NCBI GenBank assembly: GCA_020632535.1
Contig: JACKFJ010000004.1
Span: 105,514-169,513 of the forward strand
Length of the DNA: 64,000 nucleotides
Source: Candidatus Omnitrophota bacterium
GTDB taxonomy: Bacteria; Omnitrophota; Gorgyraeia; Zapsychrales; JANLHA01
Reading direction: 5' to 3'
Shown in pieces: positions 8,545 through 17,616 of this stretch; the stretch's first letter is position 1; each line of letters opens with the position of its first letter. The notes beneath the pieces are model-generated. The model worked only from the letters and a program-made list of their open reading frames with translations, was not told where the DNA came from and made no database searches. A program made the position numbers and the translations under genes.

Positions 8545-9648
8545 TTATGTTAATCGCTTTTCAAAACGGCTGATGCTAAACCACAAAATGACCACCGCCA
8601 TGATCATCAGTGGAACGACTTGACCCCAAAGGTCAAAAAGACCTACCCCTTTAAGCGTCACACCACGAATAATTTGGACAAAGTATGTCAACGGAATAAA
8701 ATTACTAATGTAATAAACGAAAGCCGGCATCGTTTCACGCGGAAAAATAAATCCTGACAAAAGTATCGACGGTGATGCAAAAAACATAACAATCTGTGAG
8801 GCCTGTTGTTGATTTTCGGCAATCGTTGATGCCAAAAGTCCAATGCCTAAACAAACCGTAAGAAATAACATGGTTAATGCAAAAAGTGTAAGCGAATTTC
8901 CGCGAATTGGTACACCAAATAATAGCTGAGCCGCACCCATAATCAAAAAATACATCACAATCCCAACACACACATAGGGAATCAATTTCCCTAGAATCAA
9001 CTGATATGGCTTTATTGGCGTAACAAGTAATTGCTCAATATTGCCTCGCTCCTTCTCACGAACAATTGCCGTCGCCGTGATCATTGGAATAAATAACTGC
9101 AGCACCAACCCGACAAGTCCCGGAATCATAAAATACGAACTTTTCAAATCAGGATTGTACCAAAGCCGTGGGCGAAAATCGATCGGCGCAACCTGCGCAG
9201 TCGTCAACCCCTCTCTTTGCATAAAAGACGCAACAATCGCCTGACTTGAGCTTAACGCGACATTGGCGGGATTGGAATCCGTCCCATCGATCAAAAGCTG
9301 CAAATTCACACCGCGACTCGAAAGAACATCCTTGGTAAATCCTGAGGGAATAAGTAACCCCGCCTTAGCCTTGCCGCGATCCAGCGCTTGATAAAGCTGC
9401 GGCGCGCTCACAACATTTTCCTTAATATCAAAATACGAAGATTGCTCAAAAGACGAAATCAATCGACGGCTTAAATATGTTTGATCTTGATCCAGCACGA
9501 CAGTTGCCAAATGCTTAACATCCATATTGATCGCATATCCATAAATCAAAAGCTGAATCAAAGGCATAAGAATAATCATCCCCAGCATACGGCGGTCGCG
9601 GATAATATGAATAAATTCCTTAATAGCGATTGCTTTAATATTATTCAT
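8545..9648 (-). CDS. ABC-2 type transporter permease
   Basis: Start at MNNIKAI, preceded by ggaggtgag, with an 8-nt overlap on the ATPase gene. Six predicted TM segments and YbhR/YhhJ-like organisation. Confidence 0.8.
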   Translation of the reverse strand: MNNIKAIAIKEFIHIIRDRRMLGMIILMPLIQLLIYGYAINMDVKHLATVVLDQDQTYLSRRLISSFEQSSYFDIKENVVSAPQLYQALDRGKAKAGLLIPSGFTKDVLSSRGVNLQLLIDGTDSNPANVALSSSQAIVASFMQREGLTTAQVAPIDFRPRLWYNPDLKSSYFMIPGLVGLVLQLFIPMITATAIVREKERGNIEQLLVTPIKPYQLILGKLIPYVCVGIVMYFLIMGAAQLLFGVPIRGNSLTLFALTMLFLTVCLGIGLLASTIAENQQQASQIVMFFASPSILLSGFIFPRETMPAFVYYISNFIPLTYFVQIIRGVTLKGVGLFDLWGQVVPLMIMAVVILWFSISRFEKRLT

Positions 9649-10573
9649 TCTCACCTCCCGCGAGCGTCGCAAAAACATCTTCCAACGAGGCGGTGATGGC
9701 TTTAATCGACTTGATTTCTACACCTTCCCTTTGGGCGGCCTGCCTGATGACTGGTTCGACACCCGCGGCATCCGCAAAATTCAAATGCAAAGTCGTACCA
9801 TAAGCGGTCAAACCAATAACCTGTGGCAATTGCCCAAAAACTTGCGACGCTTTCATAAGCGGATGGCATTCAACTTCAAATAAATTGGCACTGATTTGAT
9901 TCTTAAGTTTTTCAGGTTGACCTATTTTTAAAAGTCGTCCTTTGCTAATAAAACCAATCTGGTTACAGCGTTCAGCTTCTTCCATATAATGTGTTGTCAC
10001 AAAAAGCGCTACCCCTTCGTCCGCCAACTGATACAAAATTTCCCATACCGATCGTCGAGAAACTGGATCAATCCCCGCAGTTGGTTCATCAAGAAACAAA
10101 ACTTTGGGACGATGCAAAATAGCATTGGCCAATCCCAGTTTTTGCTTCCACCCGCCGGATAATTCGCCCGCCAATTTATTGCGCCAAGGTGTTAAACCGG
10201 TGATTTTTAAAATCTCCTCAATACGTTTTTTGGCATCACTTTCATTAATACCGTAAATCCGTCCATAAAATTGCAAATTTTCCTGCACATTCAAATCCGT
10301 ATACAAGCTGAATTTCTGCGAAACATAACCGATTGAGCGCTTGATATCTTCAGAATGATGACTCACATCAAACCCAGCGACAATAGCGTCCCCGCTCGAC
10401 GGAGCAAGGATACCACATAACATACGAATCGTTGTTGTTTTCCCCGATCCATTTGCTCCCAAAAAACCAAAAATCTCCCCGTACTTAATCGAAAAATTGA
10501 TATGATCAACCGCCACAAATTTTCCGAAATTACGAGTTAGGTCATTAACCTCTATCGCGCAATCATGATTCAT
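9641..10573 (-). CDS. ABC transporter ATP-binding protein
   Basis: Walker A GANGSGKTT, signature LSGGWKQKL, Walker B VLFLDEP. Confidence 0.9.
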   Translation of the reverse strand: MNHDCAIEVNDLTRNFGKFVAVDHINFSIKYGEIFGFLGANGSGKTTTIRMLCGILAPSSGDAIVAGFDVSHHSEDIKRSIGYVSQKFSLYTDLNVQENLQFYGRIYGINESDAKKRIEEILKITGLTPWRNKLAGELSGGWKQKLGLANAILHRPKVLFLDEPTAGIDPVSRRSVWEILYQLADEGVALFVTTHYMEEAERCNQIGFISKGRLLKIGQPEKLKNQISANLFEVECHPLMKASQVFGQLPQVIGLTAYGTTLHLNFADAAGVEPVIRQAAQREGVEIKSIKAITASLEDVFATLAGGENE

Positions 10574-11256
10574 TTTTTCCCTTGAGTATTAAGCACAATA
10601 TCGGCCGCAACGCCCGGACGCAAATATTCCGGCGGCTCATTGATTGTCACTTTTACGGCAAATGTTTGGGTAATCCGTTCTTCTGCGGTTTGAACATTGC
10701 GTGGCGTAAACTCCGCGCGCGAAGCAATAAAACTCACATATCCGTCAAAAGGTTTTGCCAAACCATCAAAAGAAACCCGCGCGGGCTGGTTTAACTTTAT
10801 TGTGTTGATTACTCCTTCTGGCACGTAAATCTTAACCCAAAGATTGCTGCGATCCCCGATGACAATAACCGGCGAACCCGCCGGAACCATTTCGCCGACC
10901 TCATGAACTTTCACAAGAACAACACCGTCAATTGGAGAAACAATCCGCTGATCATCCATCGCCAAAGCCGCATGTTCCAAATCCTGCTGACTTGCTCCAC
11001 CCTGTTTAAATAATTGTTTTACACGTTCATAATCACGCTTATTCTGTTCATAGCGATCCAATACACCAATTTCGTCACCCTGACGCACTGCTTTTCCCTC
11101 ATCCGTATGAAGAGTTATTAAGCGGCCGGCGACCTTGGCACCTAGAGCATGTTCTGTCACTTCCAAAGTTCCAGAAAACTTCATTTCTCCATTATTATTG
11201 CCACAGCCAGCAATCATCAAAAAAATTGCAATTGATAACACAAATAAAGACTTCAC
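10570..11256 (-). CDS. HlyD-family periplasmic adaptor lipoprotein
   Basis: Lipobox (MIAGCGN), biotinyl-lipoyl-like and beta-barrel segments, and position in the efflux operon. Confidence 0.75.
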   Translation of the reverse strand: MKSLFVLSIAIFLMIAGCGNNNGEMKFSGTLEVTEHALGAKVAGRLITLHTDEGKAVRQGDEIGVLDRYEQNKRDYERVKQLFKQGGASQQDLEHAALAMDDQRIVSPIDGVVLVKVHEVGEMVPAGSPVIVIGDRSNLWVKIYVPEGVINTIKLNQPARVSFDGLAKPFDGYVSFIASRAEFTPRNVQTAEERITQTFAVKVTINEPPEYLRPGVAADIVLNTQGKK

Positions 11257-11291
11257 GTTTGCCTCCTGATTTTTGAGCCCTATTGCCTTGC

Positions 11292-12623
11292 TTACTTACC
11301 CTCTTGTTCAATTAATGCAAATTCTTCCACGCGGCCCAAAGAACGAGCAATATTTAATTGCGCCATAAAATAATAAGCAATGGCTTCATCTCTCTGATCT
11401 CTGGCAAAAATCACGTTCACTCGCGCCGCTGACAAATCCAAGTTGTTGCCGCTACCACTATAAAATCTTTTCTGAGCTAACTGAAACTCCTCTTGCGCGA
11501 CAGACATTTCATTTTCATTTTGTTTTAAAAACACTTCTGCCTGCGACAGAATCGCATATTGACTGGCAAGCTGTGCCCGCACTTGTCTCTCAATATTTTC
11601 TAATTGCGCTTGTGAAATTTTAACTTCGCTTTCACTTTGCTTTAATTTTGCTTGCCTTATGCCGCCTTCAAAAAACGGAATCGACGCGGCCACACCAAGT
11701 GTATACGTTTCGCTCGAATTCGATGGACTTACACCACTAGGACCATAATCTCCCGAGACAGCAACTTTGGGCCACGCGTCCCATTTGTCAATTGAACGAT
11801 CCGCTTCCTTAACTTTCAATGTTTGACGAGCCACGACAACATCCGGCTGATCATACGCGACAACAATTGGCTTTTTAGCATCAAAGGTATTTTTTAAAAG
11901 CACTTGTTCATCCCACACCAAGAGCAAATTCTCATCCTGCGGCAAAGCCAATACCGCGGCCAAATCAAGACGACGTTCTAATGCCTCTTTTTTAGCTGTC
12001 TGCCAATTGTATAAACTGCGGCTATACTGCAGTCGAGCTTTTTTCATTTCCAAAGACGAACTTGTCCCCAAATTCAAGCGTGAAAAAATAATACCCATTG
12101 CTTTTTTATCCTGATTGAGCGCGGCCTGATAAACACCCAAACTATCCTGTGCTCGTTTCGCTTCAATAAAAAGTGCCGCAACAAGAATCAAAGCATCTTC
12201 CTTGATTTTTTTCTGCTGGGCTATCGACAACAAATGCCCCTCTTTACTGGATTGAAAGCGACTCATTGCCGCCGGATCAAAAATAGTCTGAGTCAAACGA
12301 ACGCGAGCGTCATAGACATTAAACGGACCGACAAGCGGATCGCCGGGCAAAGCGATCCCCGATGACCGCAAATCACGAGTCTGACGAGTTTCAGACACCA
12401 TACCTTTTAACTGCGGCAACAGTGGCGCGGCATTTTCTTTAATGCGTGCCAAAGCTTGATTAACCCGTTCATTGGCGATGATCACGTCGACGTTTTGTGT
12501 TAAAGCTAATTCGAGGGCCTCAGATAAATTTAAATATCTCGTATTCTCTTGAGCATAACTTTGCATTCCCGCATAAAAATATATTAAATAAAATAAAATC
12601 AATACTCTAAAAAGCAGTTTCAT
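11292..12623 (-). CDS. TolC-family outer membrane efflux protein
   Basis: Signal peptide and a two-repeat OEP organisation (LSEALELALTQN...; coiled-coil repeats). Operon context supports the call. Confidence 0.8.
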   Translation of the reverse strand: MKLLFRVLILFYLIYFYAGMQSYAQENTRYLNLSEALELALTQNVDVIIANERVNQALARIKENAAPLLPQLKGMVSETRQTRDLRSSGIALPGDPLVGPFNVYDARVRLTQTIFDPAAMSRFQSSKEGHLLSIAQQKKIKEDALILVAALFIEAKRAQDSLGVYQAALNQDKKAMGIIFSRLNLGTSSSLEMKKARLQYSRSLYNWQTAKKEALERRLDLAAVLALPQDENLLLVWDEQVLLKNTFDAKKPIVVAYDQPDVVVARQTLKVKEADRSIDKWDAWPKVAVSGDYGPSGVSPSNSSETYTLGVAASIPFFEGGIRQAKLKQSESEVKISQAQLENIERQVRAQLASQYAILSQAEVFLKQNENEMSVAQEEFQLAQKRFYSGSGNNLDLSAARVNVIFARDQRDEAIAYYFMAQLNIARSLGRVEEFALIEQEGK

Positions 12624-13057
12624 TTCTCGCCCTTTAAATATGTAGTTAATTTTACAACCAAACGGAAAAAATCTTCGACATCATTTTGCTCGAGAACTTT
12701 AAGAACTTCTTCCCACCTTTGGCTCATTGCTCCCTGAAACTGTGAAATCATCATCCGCCCCTTGGAAGAAAGATCAACAACAACTTGGCGTCGATCTTCA
12801 ACATTTGCCAAGCGCGTCACATAACCTCTTTTGACCAAACGATCCACAATACCAGAAATCGTCGGCATGCTAACACGCATATTCTGAGCCAAAGTATTCA
12901 TCGAGCAGGCTCCCCGCGAATGAATGGCAACTAAAAGTAAGAATTGAGTTTGAGTCAAAGTACGCTTGACGAGAAATTCGAGCTGAACACCCTGAATAAT
13001 ACGAGGCATCAGTTGAGCAATGGCAAGACTTAGATCTCTACGGCTAACGGGTGACAC
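12620..13057 (-). CDS. MarR family transcriptional regulator
   Basis: Winged-HTH region (LTQTQFLLLVAIHSRGACSMNTLAQNMRVSMPTISGIVDRLVKRGYVTR). GTG start. It is the first gene of the efflux operon. Confidence 0.85.
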   Translation of the reverse strand: MSPVSRRDLSLAIAQLMPRIIQGVQLEFLVKRTLTQTQFLLLVAIHSRGACSMNTLAQNMRVSMPTISGIVDRLVKRGYVTRLANVEDRRQVVVDLSSKGRMMISQFQGAMSQRWEEVLKVLEQNDVEDFFRLVVKLTTYLKGEK

Positions 13058-13078
13058 TTAAGCGCTCCCCTTTTATAA

Positions 13079-13109
13079 TTTGCATATGCTAATGTTTAGC
13101 ATATGCTAA
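13079..13109. promoter_or_regulatory. putative MarR operator: two adjacent palindromic sites
   Basis: ttGCATATGCtaa (13079-13092) and TTAGCATATGCTAA (13096-13109, a perfect 14-bp palindrome) lie immediately upstream of the marR-like start. Confidence 0.55.
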
Positions 13110-13131
13110 TTAATATGTCAAGAGGGAGACA

Positions 13132-13827
13132 TCAGGATTCGCAATACAACAAAAATAGGGCAGGTTTTTTATTAATGTCTATTTTCTGTTTTTTCCACTC
13201 GGATATCGTGCAAGTCTTAATCATTTGCGTCGGAGTTGTCAGGTCAACCGCGAGACAAAGCAATGTGGATCCCTGACAATTTTGCAAAATATCCTCGAGC
13301 ACATTCTGATTTCGATACGGTGCTTCCATAAAAATCTGAGTTTGCTTCTCAGATGTCGAGCGTTTTTCAAGATCCTTGATCTTCCTGATCCGCTCTCCTC
13401 GATCCTTGGGCAAATAACCATTAAAGGCAAAATTTTGACCGCTCAAACCTGATGCCATAAGCGCCAACAAAATTGATGATGGCCCGACAAGAGCAATGAT
13501 TTCACAGCCCTGCTGATGAGCCAAGAGAACGACATCTGCACCAGGATCCGCAACGCAGGGGCACCCAGATTCAGAAATAACGCCAATATCTTGATCAACG
13601 ACCTTCATAAAATTTTTCCGTGTTTCTTCCAAAGGTGTATGTTCATTAAGCGCAAAAAAAACACATTCATCAATTTGCATCGATGGATTAATTTTCTTAA
13701 GCAATCGCCGAGCAGATTTGATTTCCTCAACGAAAAAAACGTTCAAATGCTCAATACCCAACGCCGCAGCCGACAGCAGCTGATCGTATTGTTCACTGAT
13801 TGAATTTGGAATGAGGAATATTTTCAT
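13132..13827 (-). CDS. SAM-dependent methyltransferase, tetrapyrrole-methylase fold (RsmI/YraL-like)
   Basis: GVISESGCPCVADPGADVVLLAHQQGCEIIALVGPSSILLALMASGLSGQNFAFNGYLP is typical of this fold. Start taken at MKIFLIPN. Confidence 0.7.
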   Translation of the reverse strand: MKIFLIPNSISEQYDQLLSAAALGIEHLNVFFVEEIKSARRLLKKINPSMQIDECVFFALNEHTPLEETRKNFMKVVDQDIGVISESGCPCVADPGADVVLLAHQQGCEIIALVGPSSILLALMASGLSGQNFAFNGYLPKDRGERIRKIKDLEKRSTSEKQTQIFMEAPYRNQNVLEDILQNCQGSTLLCLAVDLTTPTQMIKTCTISEWKKQKIDINKKPALFLLYCES

Positions 13828-14041
13828 AAACATACAATTCATTTCGCTTTGGTTCTTTAATGATCCAATCATTTGTTCTAAAAATATTATAATGAAGATC
13901 TTTACTACAAAAATCTTCGACACCGATTAATAATTTTGTGCTATATCCATTAATTGGTTTACCGCGCAGTATAATAAAGGTCATGATCTAAAAAAACTTA
14001 AATATTTTTATTTTTCCAACATTCCTAATGAAATAGCTCCA

Positions 14042-15271
14042 TTATCCCGGGCCATCCCCTCCTCCACTCCAACCTGGGCAGCCAGGCTGATCAGGATTAG
14101 CGACACAATCAATAGGACACCATCCACAATCTGTAGGGCAAGTCGCACATGTTTCTGCCCCATTACACACCCAGTCCGGACATCGCGGGGGAATATTATC
14201 CACTTCAGCACAATTTTTTGTGATTTTCACATCATATCCGATGGGATCATTATCAAATAATTTTCCACCATCACTAACTTGTACCCAAAGATGATGAGCA
14301 ACCACAATAAAAGACGCATAATTAGTATCTCCAGTATCATCACCATAGCCACAACATTGCCCATGAACGGGACCATTATCAACCTTATATTGAAAATTCA
14401 AATCCTCAGCCCACACCGTAACCTGAAATTGTGCTGGTGGTAAATAATAATTTGATGAATATGTTACCACTCCACCAACAGGTTTGGTGAAAGTTGAATA
14501 GTTTTTGCTGTCCTCCGTAGGCTCACATGGGTCAACATACAAACAACTGGCACCGACAACATCATAATTCGGATCGCATTGTACGCGACAACGTTTATCA
14601 GGAAAAGCGTCACATTGCCCCGTGGCGGTATACGCAACAGGAGTTAATCCAGTAAGGTCTTTATTATAGTTGGCGGGATCGCACCATGAACTATTCGCGC
14701 TGGGCGTTTCACAGTCAAAAACACAAATCGGGTTGGGTTCACAATAATATTGCGCAATCGGCACTGGGGATCCGCACATCTTTCGCATTTGCATTTGTCC
14801 ATCGGGACAACGGCCACCGGGCGCATTTATTCCTAAAATTCCGCATTGTCCGGTTGACTGCGGCGCTTCACAACACACACTTGTCGGGCTTGGATCATCA
14901 CGACACTCTGACATGGACGCAAAGACATGCATGTTAATCATATCAACTTCACATCCAAGTGGCGCGCAACTGCGCCGAAAAACTTTTTGTGTCTTAGCAC
15001 ATCCCGGAAAAGCGCTCCCATCACCACAACCAGAATCAATCAAATCCGTACAATCACACACAGGTAAATTCAAAGGGACGTCAGGAGCTTGACGAATATC
15101 TTCGCGCTGGGCATCAACCGCGCCTTCTTCAATGACTTTAAAATTGGAATTGATCCCGCGAACAACATATGGACCACCGATGAGGATTCCCGTCATGACA
15201 AAAACAGCCAAAGCCATATATTCAAGGCCGGATTGTCCTCGGTGGGATTTTGATTTTAGCAGGAAAGACAT
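14042..15271 (-). CDS. Flp/class III signal peptide protein with a large cysteine-rich extracellular domain (paralog 1)
   Basis: The N-terminus (KSKSHRG|QSGLEYMALAVFVMTGILIGG) fits the Flp G/XXXXEY prepilin motif. I count 32 Cys in 409 aa. The C-terminus is CPDWVCNGAETCATCPTDCGWCPIDCVANPDQPGCPGWSGGG. Confidence 0.7.
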   Translation of the reverse strand: MSFLLKSKSHRGQSGLEYMALAVFVMTGILIGGPYVVRGINSNFKVIEEGAVDAQREDIRQAPDVPLNLPVCDCTDLIDSGCGDGSAFPGCAKTQKVFRRSCAPLGCEVDMINMHVFASMSECRDDPSPTSVCCEAPQSTGQCGILGINAPGGRCPDGQMQMRKMCGSPVPIAQYYCEPNPICVFDCETPSANSSWCDPANYNKDLTGLTPVAYTATGQCDAFPDKRCRVQCDPNYDVVGASCLYVDPCEPTEDSKNYSTFTKPVGGVVTYSSNYYLPPAQFQVTVWAEDLNFQYKVDNGPVHGQCCGYGDDTGDTNYASFIVVAHHLWVQVSDGGKLFDNDPIGYDVKITKNCAEVDNIPPRCPDWVCNGAETCATCPTDCGWCPIDCVANPDQPGCPGWSGGGDGPG

Positions 15272-15321
15272 AGTTGAATTATAAAAGGAAGATCATTTAA
15301 AACAATGAAAACTTATCGCGA

Positions 15322-16539
15322 TCAACCCCCTCCTCCTCCACTCCAACCTGGGCAGCCGGGCTGATCAGGATTAGCGACACAATCAATAGGACACCATCCA
15401 CAATCCGTAGGGCAAGTCGTACATGTTTCTGTCCCATTACATACCCAGTCTGGACATTGCGGAGGAATAGCGTCAAAATCACCACAATTTGTTGTAACTT
15501 TCACATCATATCCAATGGAACCCGACCCAGAATGTCCCCCCTCGATAACTTGCACCCAGAGATGGCTTCCAGAAACATTAAACGAGGCATAATTGATATC
15601 ACCATTACTATCCTTATAACCGCAACATTGCCCCTGAACAGGGCCATTATCAACTTTAAACTGAAAATTCAAATCCTCAGTCCACACGGTAACTCGAAAT
15701 TGAGCTGGCGGGATATAGTAATTTGATGAATATGTCGCTGATCCGCCGGCGTTGACAGCGCTATTCGAATAATAGGCGATATCCTTAGGCTCACATGGGT
15801 CAACATACAAACAGCTAGCACCGACAACATCATAATTCGGATCGCATTGTACGCGACATCGTTTATCTGGAAAAGCATCACATTGCCCCGTGGCGGTATA
15901 TGCAACAGGAGTTACACCAGTAAGATTTTTATTATAGTTGGCAGGATCGCACCATGAACTATTCGCGCTGGGCGTTTCGCAGTCAAAAACACAAATCGGG
16001 TTGGGTTCACAATAATATTGCGCAATCGGCACTGGGGATCCGCACATCTTTCGCATTTGCATTTGTCCATCGGGACAACGGCCACCGGGCGCATTTATTC
16101 CTAAAATTCCGCATTGTCCGGTCGACTGCGGCGCTTCACAACACACACTTGTCGGGCTTGGATCATCACGGCATTCTGACATGGCCGCAAAAACATGCAT
16201 GTTAATCATATCAACTTCGCATCCAAGTGGCGCGCAACTGCGCCGAAAAACTTTTTGTGTCTTAGCACATCCCGGAAAAGCGCTCCCATCACCACAACCA
16301 GAATCAATCAAATCCGTACAATCACACACAGGTAAATTCAAAGGGACGTCAGGAGCTTGACGAATATCTTCGCGCTGGGCATCAACCGCGCCTTCTTCAA
16401 TGACTTTAAAATTGGAATTGATCCCGCGAACAACATATGGACCACCGATGAGGATTCCCGTCATGACAAAAACAGCCAAAGCCATATATTCAAGGCCGGA
16501 TTGTCCTCGGTGTGATTTTAGTTTTGGCGAGAATAACAT
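15322..16539 (-). CDS. Flp/class III signal peptide protein with a large cysteine-rich extracellular domain (paralog 2)
   Basis: Start taken at MLFSPKLKSHRGQSGLEY. The first roughly 245 aa are nearly identical to paralog 1. The next roughly 110 aa are only about two-thirds identical. The C-terminal Cys knot is conserved. Confidence 0.7.
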   Translation of the reverse strand: MLFSPKLKSHRGQSGLEYMALAVFVMTGILIGGPYVVRGINSNFKVIEEGAVDAQREDIRQAPDVPLNLPVCDCTDLIDSGCGDGSAFPGCAKTQKVFRRSCAPLGCEVDMINMHVFAAMSECRDDPSPTSVCCEAPQSTGQCGILGINAPGGRCPDGQMQMRKMCGSPVPIAQYYCEPNPICVFDCETPSANSSWCDPANYNKNLTGVTPVAYTATGQCDAFPDKRCRVQCDPNYDVVGASCLYVDPCEPKDIAYYSNSAVNAGGSATYSSNYYIPPAQFRVTVWTEDLNFQFKVDNGPVQGQCCGYKDSNGDINYASFNVSGSHLWVQVIEGGHSGSGSIGYDVKVTTNCGDFDAIPPQCPDWVCNGTETCTTCPTDCGWCPIDCVANPDQPGCPGWSGGGGG

Positions 16540-16595
16540 AGGCAAAGTATATAATAATATCAAATACTAAACAATACTTTTATAGTGAACTGTCA

Positions 16596-16635
16596 CAAAA
16601 GAGAACGTCCCGAAAATTTCTCCTCGGGACGTCTC
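16596..16635 (-). terminator. intrinsic terminator after the TM-helix-repeat gene
   Basis: Stem acgtcccga (16605-16613) with tcgggacgt (16624-16632), followed by a U-run on the minus strand. Confidence 0.6.
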
Positions 16636-16655
16636 AATTTCAAGGATCACAGACC

Positions 16656-17312
16656 TTATTTCTTGGCAAGATACTTAGCTGCTATATCCCGGCCGCCAAG
16701 GCCAAAAGCCAAAGCAAGAGCCAAGACAACACCGGTAAACCAAATATGAAACACGGTGCCGGATAATAAGAATCCGAAGCCCAATTCACTTAAGGCTACT
16801 TTAGCCGCATAAAGAAGGACAGCCCAACGGCTAATCCGTTCTAATAGTTTTGGGTTAGGCAAACCAAAAGCGGCAACGACCATATGCACGGTCAAGCCGA
16901 CAACTTTGGCAAGAATCATCCCCACAACTAATACCATAACCGCCACTAAGACGGGACTGATATATGCAACCACTTCGCCGATCACATCTGGTATCGTAGT
17001 GACGCCGACGATCCCCATCGTCACAATCACGAACATCAACGACACGACAATCCCAACCACAGCAACAATCATATGACTGATGCTATGTTTGGTTTTCCCG
17101 ACGTGAAACAGCTTCGACATTTCAAGCTTGTCCGCAACTTTATCTATATGCATTTGCTTAAACAAACGCGTTAAAACTTCATGAAGAAGTTTTGTAATCA
17201 TGTATCCTAGGAAAAGGACAATGAAAACACAGAGTATGGTGGGGACAAAACTCAACACTGTCGAAAACATCTCCTTTAATGGTGTGAAGATATACATATC
17301 GAGAGTATTCAT
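16656..17312 (-). CDS. conserved-TM-helix-repeat membrane protein (MscS N-terminal-like repeats)
   Basis: Repeated hydrophobic helix units (FVPTILCVFIVLFLGYMITKLL.., ISPVLVAVMVLVVGMILAKVVG..). RBS is aggagggg. Confidence 0.5.
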   Translation of the reverse strand: MNTLDMYIFTPLKEMFSTVLSFVPTILCVFIVLFLGYMITKLLHEVLTRLFKQMHIDKVADKLEMSKLFHVGKTKHSISHMIVAVVGIVVSLMFVIVTMGIVGVTTIPDVIGEVVAYISPVLVAVMVLVVGMILAKVVGLTVHMVVAAFGLPNPKLLERISRWAVLLYAAKVALSELGFGFLLSGTVFHIWFTGVVLALALAFGLGGRDIAAKYLAKK

Positions 17313-17355
17313 TTTTTTCCCCTCCTTTCTAATCGCATTTACTTCTACAGCTACA

Positions 17356-17400
17356 ACAAAAAAGTCCAGATCCGCTTCTATACAAAGCCAATCTGGACTT
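17356..17400 (-). terminator. leader terminator (expression platform) upstream of 16656..17312
   Basis: 9-bp stem agtccagat (17363-17371) with atctggact (17391-17399), followed by UUUUUU on the minus strand. It lies between the aptamer-like region and the RBS. Confidence 0.6.
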
Positions 17401-17419
17401 AGAATCCTTGTAAATTTTT

Positions 17420-17492
17420 CAAATGAACCGGAGCCTACCTGCGCCCCCTAAGTCGGGCTTTGCGTGCTTCTGCAACTTACCCTATAAAACCT
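17420..17492 (-). ncRNA. candidate c-di-GMP-I (GEMM-I)-like riboswitch aptamer
   Basis: The minus strand reads AUAGGGUAAGUUGCAGAAGCACGCAAAGCCCGACUUAGGGGGCGCAGGUAGGCUCCGGUUCA. It contains the GEMM-I core ACGCAAAGCC and a 3' AGGUAG..CCGGUU segment (compare Vc2 GGUAGGUAGCGGGGUUACC). It begins at the predicted TSS. Confidence 0.45.
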
Positions 17493-17498
17493 GATTGA

Positions 17499-17528
17499 AC
17501 TATACCATATTTGCAAGGCAAAGACCAA
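17499..17528 (-). promoter_or_regulatory. promoter with extended -10 for the 17.4-kb leader
   Basis: Minus strand: TTGGTC (17523-17528), 18-bp spacer, TGgTATAGT (-10 at 17499-17504). Confidence 0.4.
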
Positions 17529-17550
17529 TTTAGTTGCTTGATTATTAAAA

Positions 17551-17585
17551 TAAAAGCCCCTTGCCTGTTTAGAGACAAAGGGCTT
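17551..17585 (-). terminator. intrinsic terminator after the porin gene
   Basis: The minus strand reads aagccctttgtctctaaacaggcaaggggcuuuu, a GC-rich stem followed by a U-run. Confidence 0.6.
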
Positions 17586-17616
17586 ATTATTTCATAAGCT
17601 ATTGCTAATTATAATG

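Noticed and set aside
14008-16205. A diversity-generating retroelement as the cause of the variable segment in the Flp-like paralogs; also the small overlapping ORFs 14008..14211, 15297..15485, 14644..14826 and 15912..16094.
   Set aside because: There is no reverse transcriptase or template repeat in the window, and the substitutions are not restricted to adenines. The small ORFs are out-of-frame shadows of the Cys-rich genes and are duplicated along with them.
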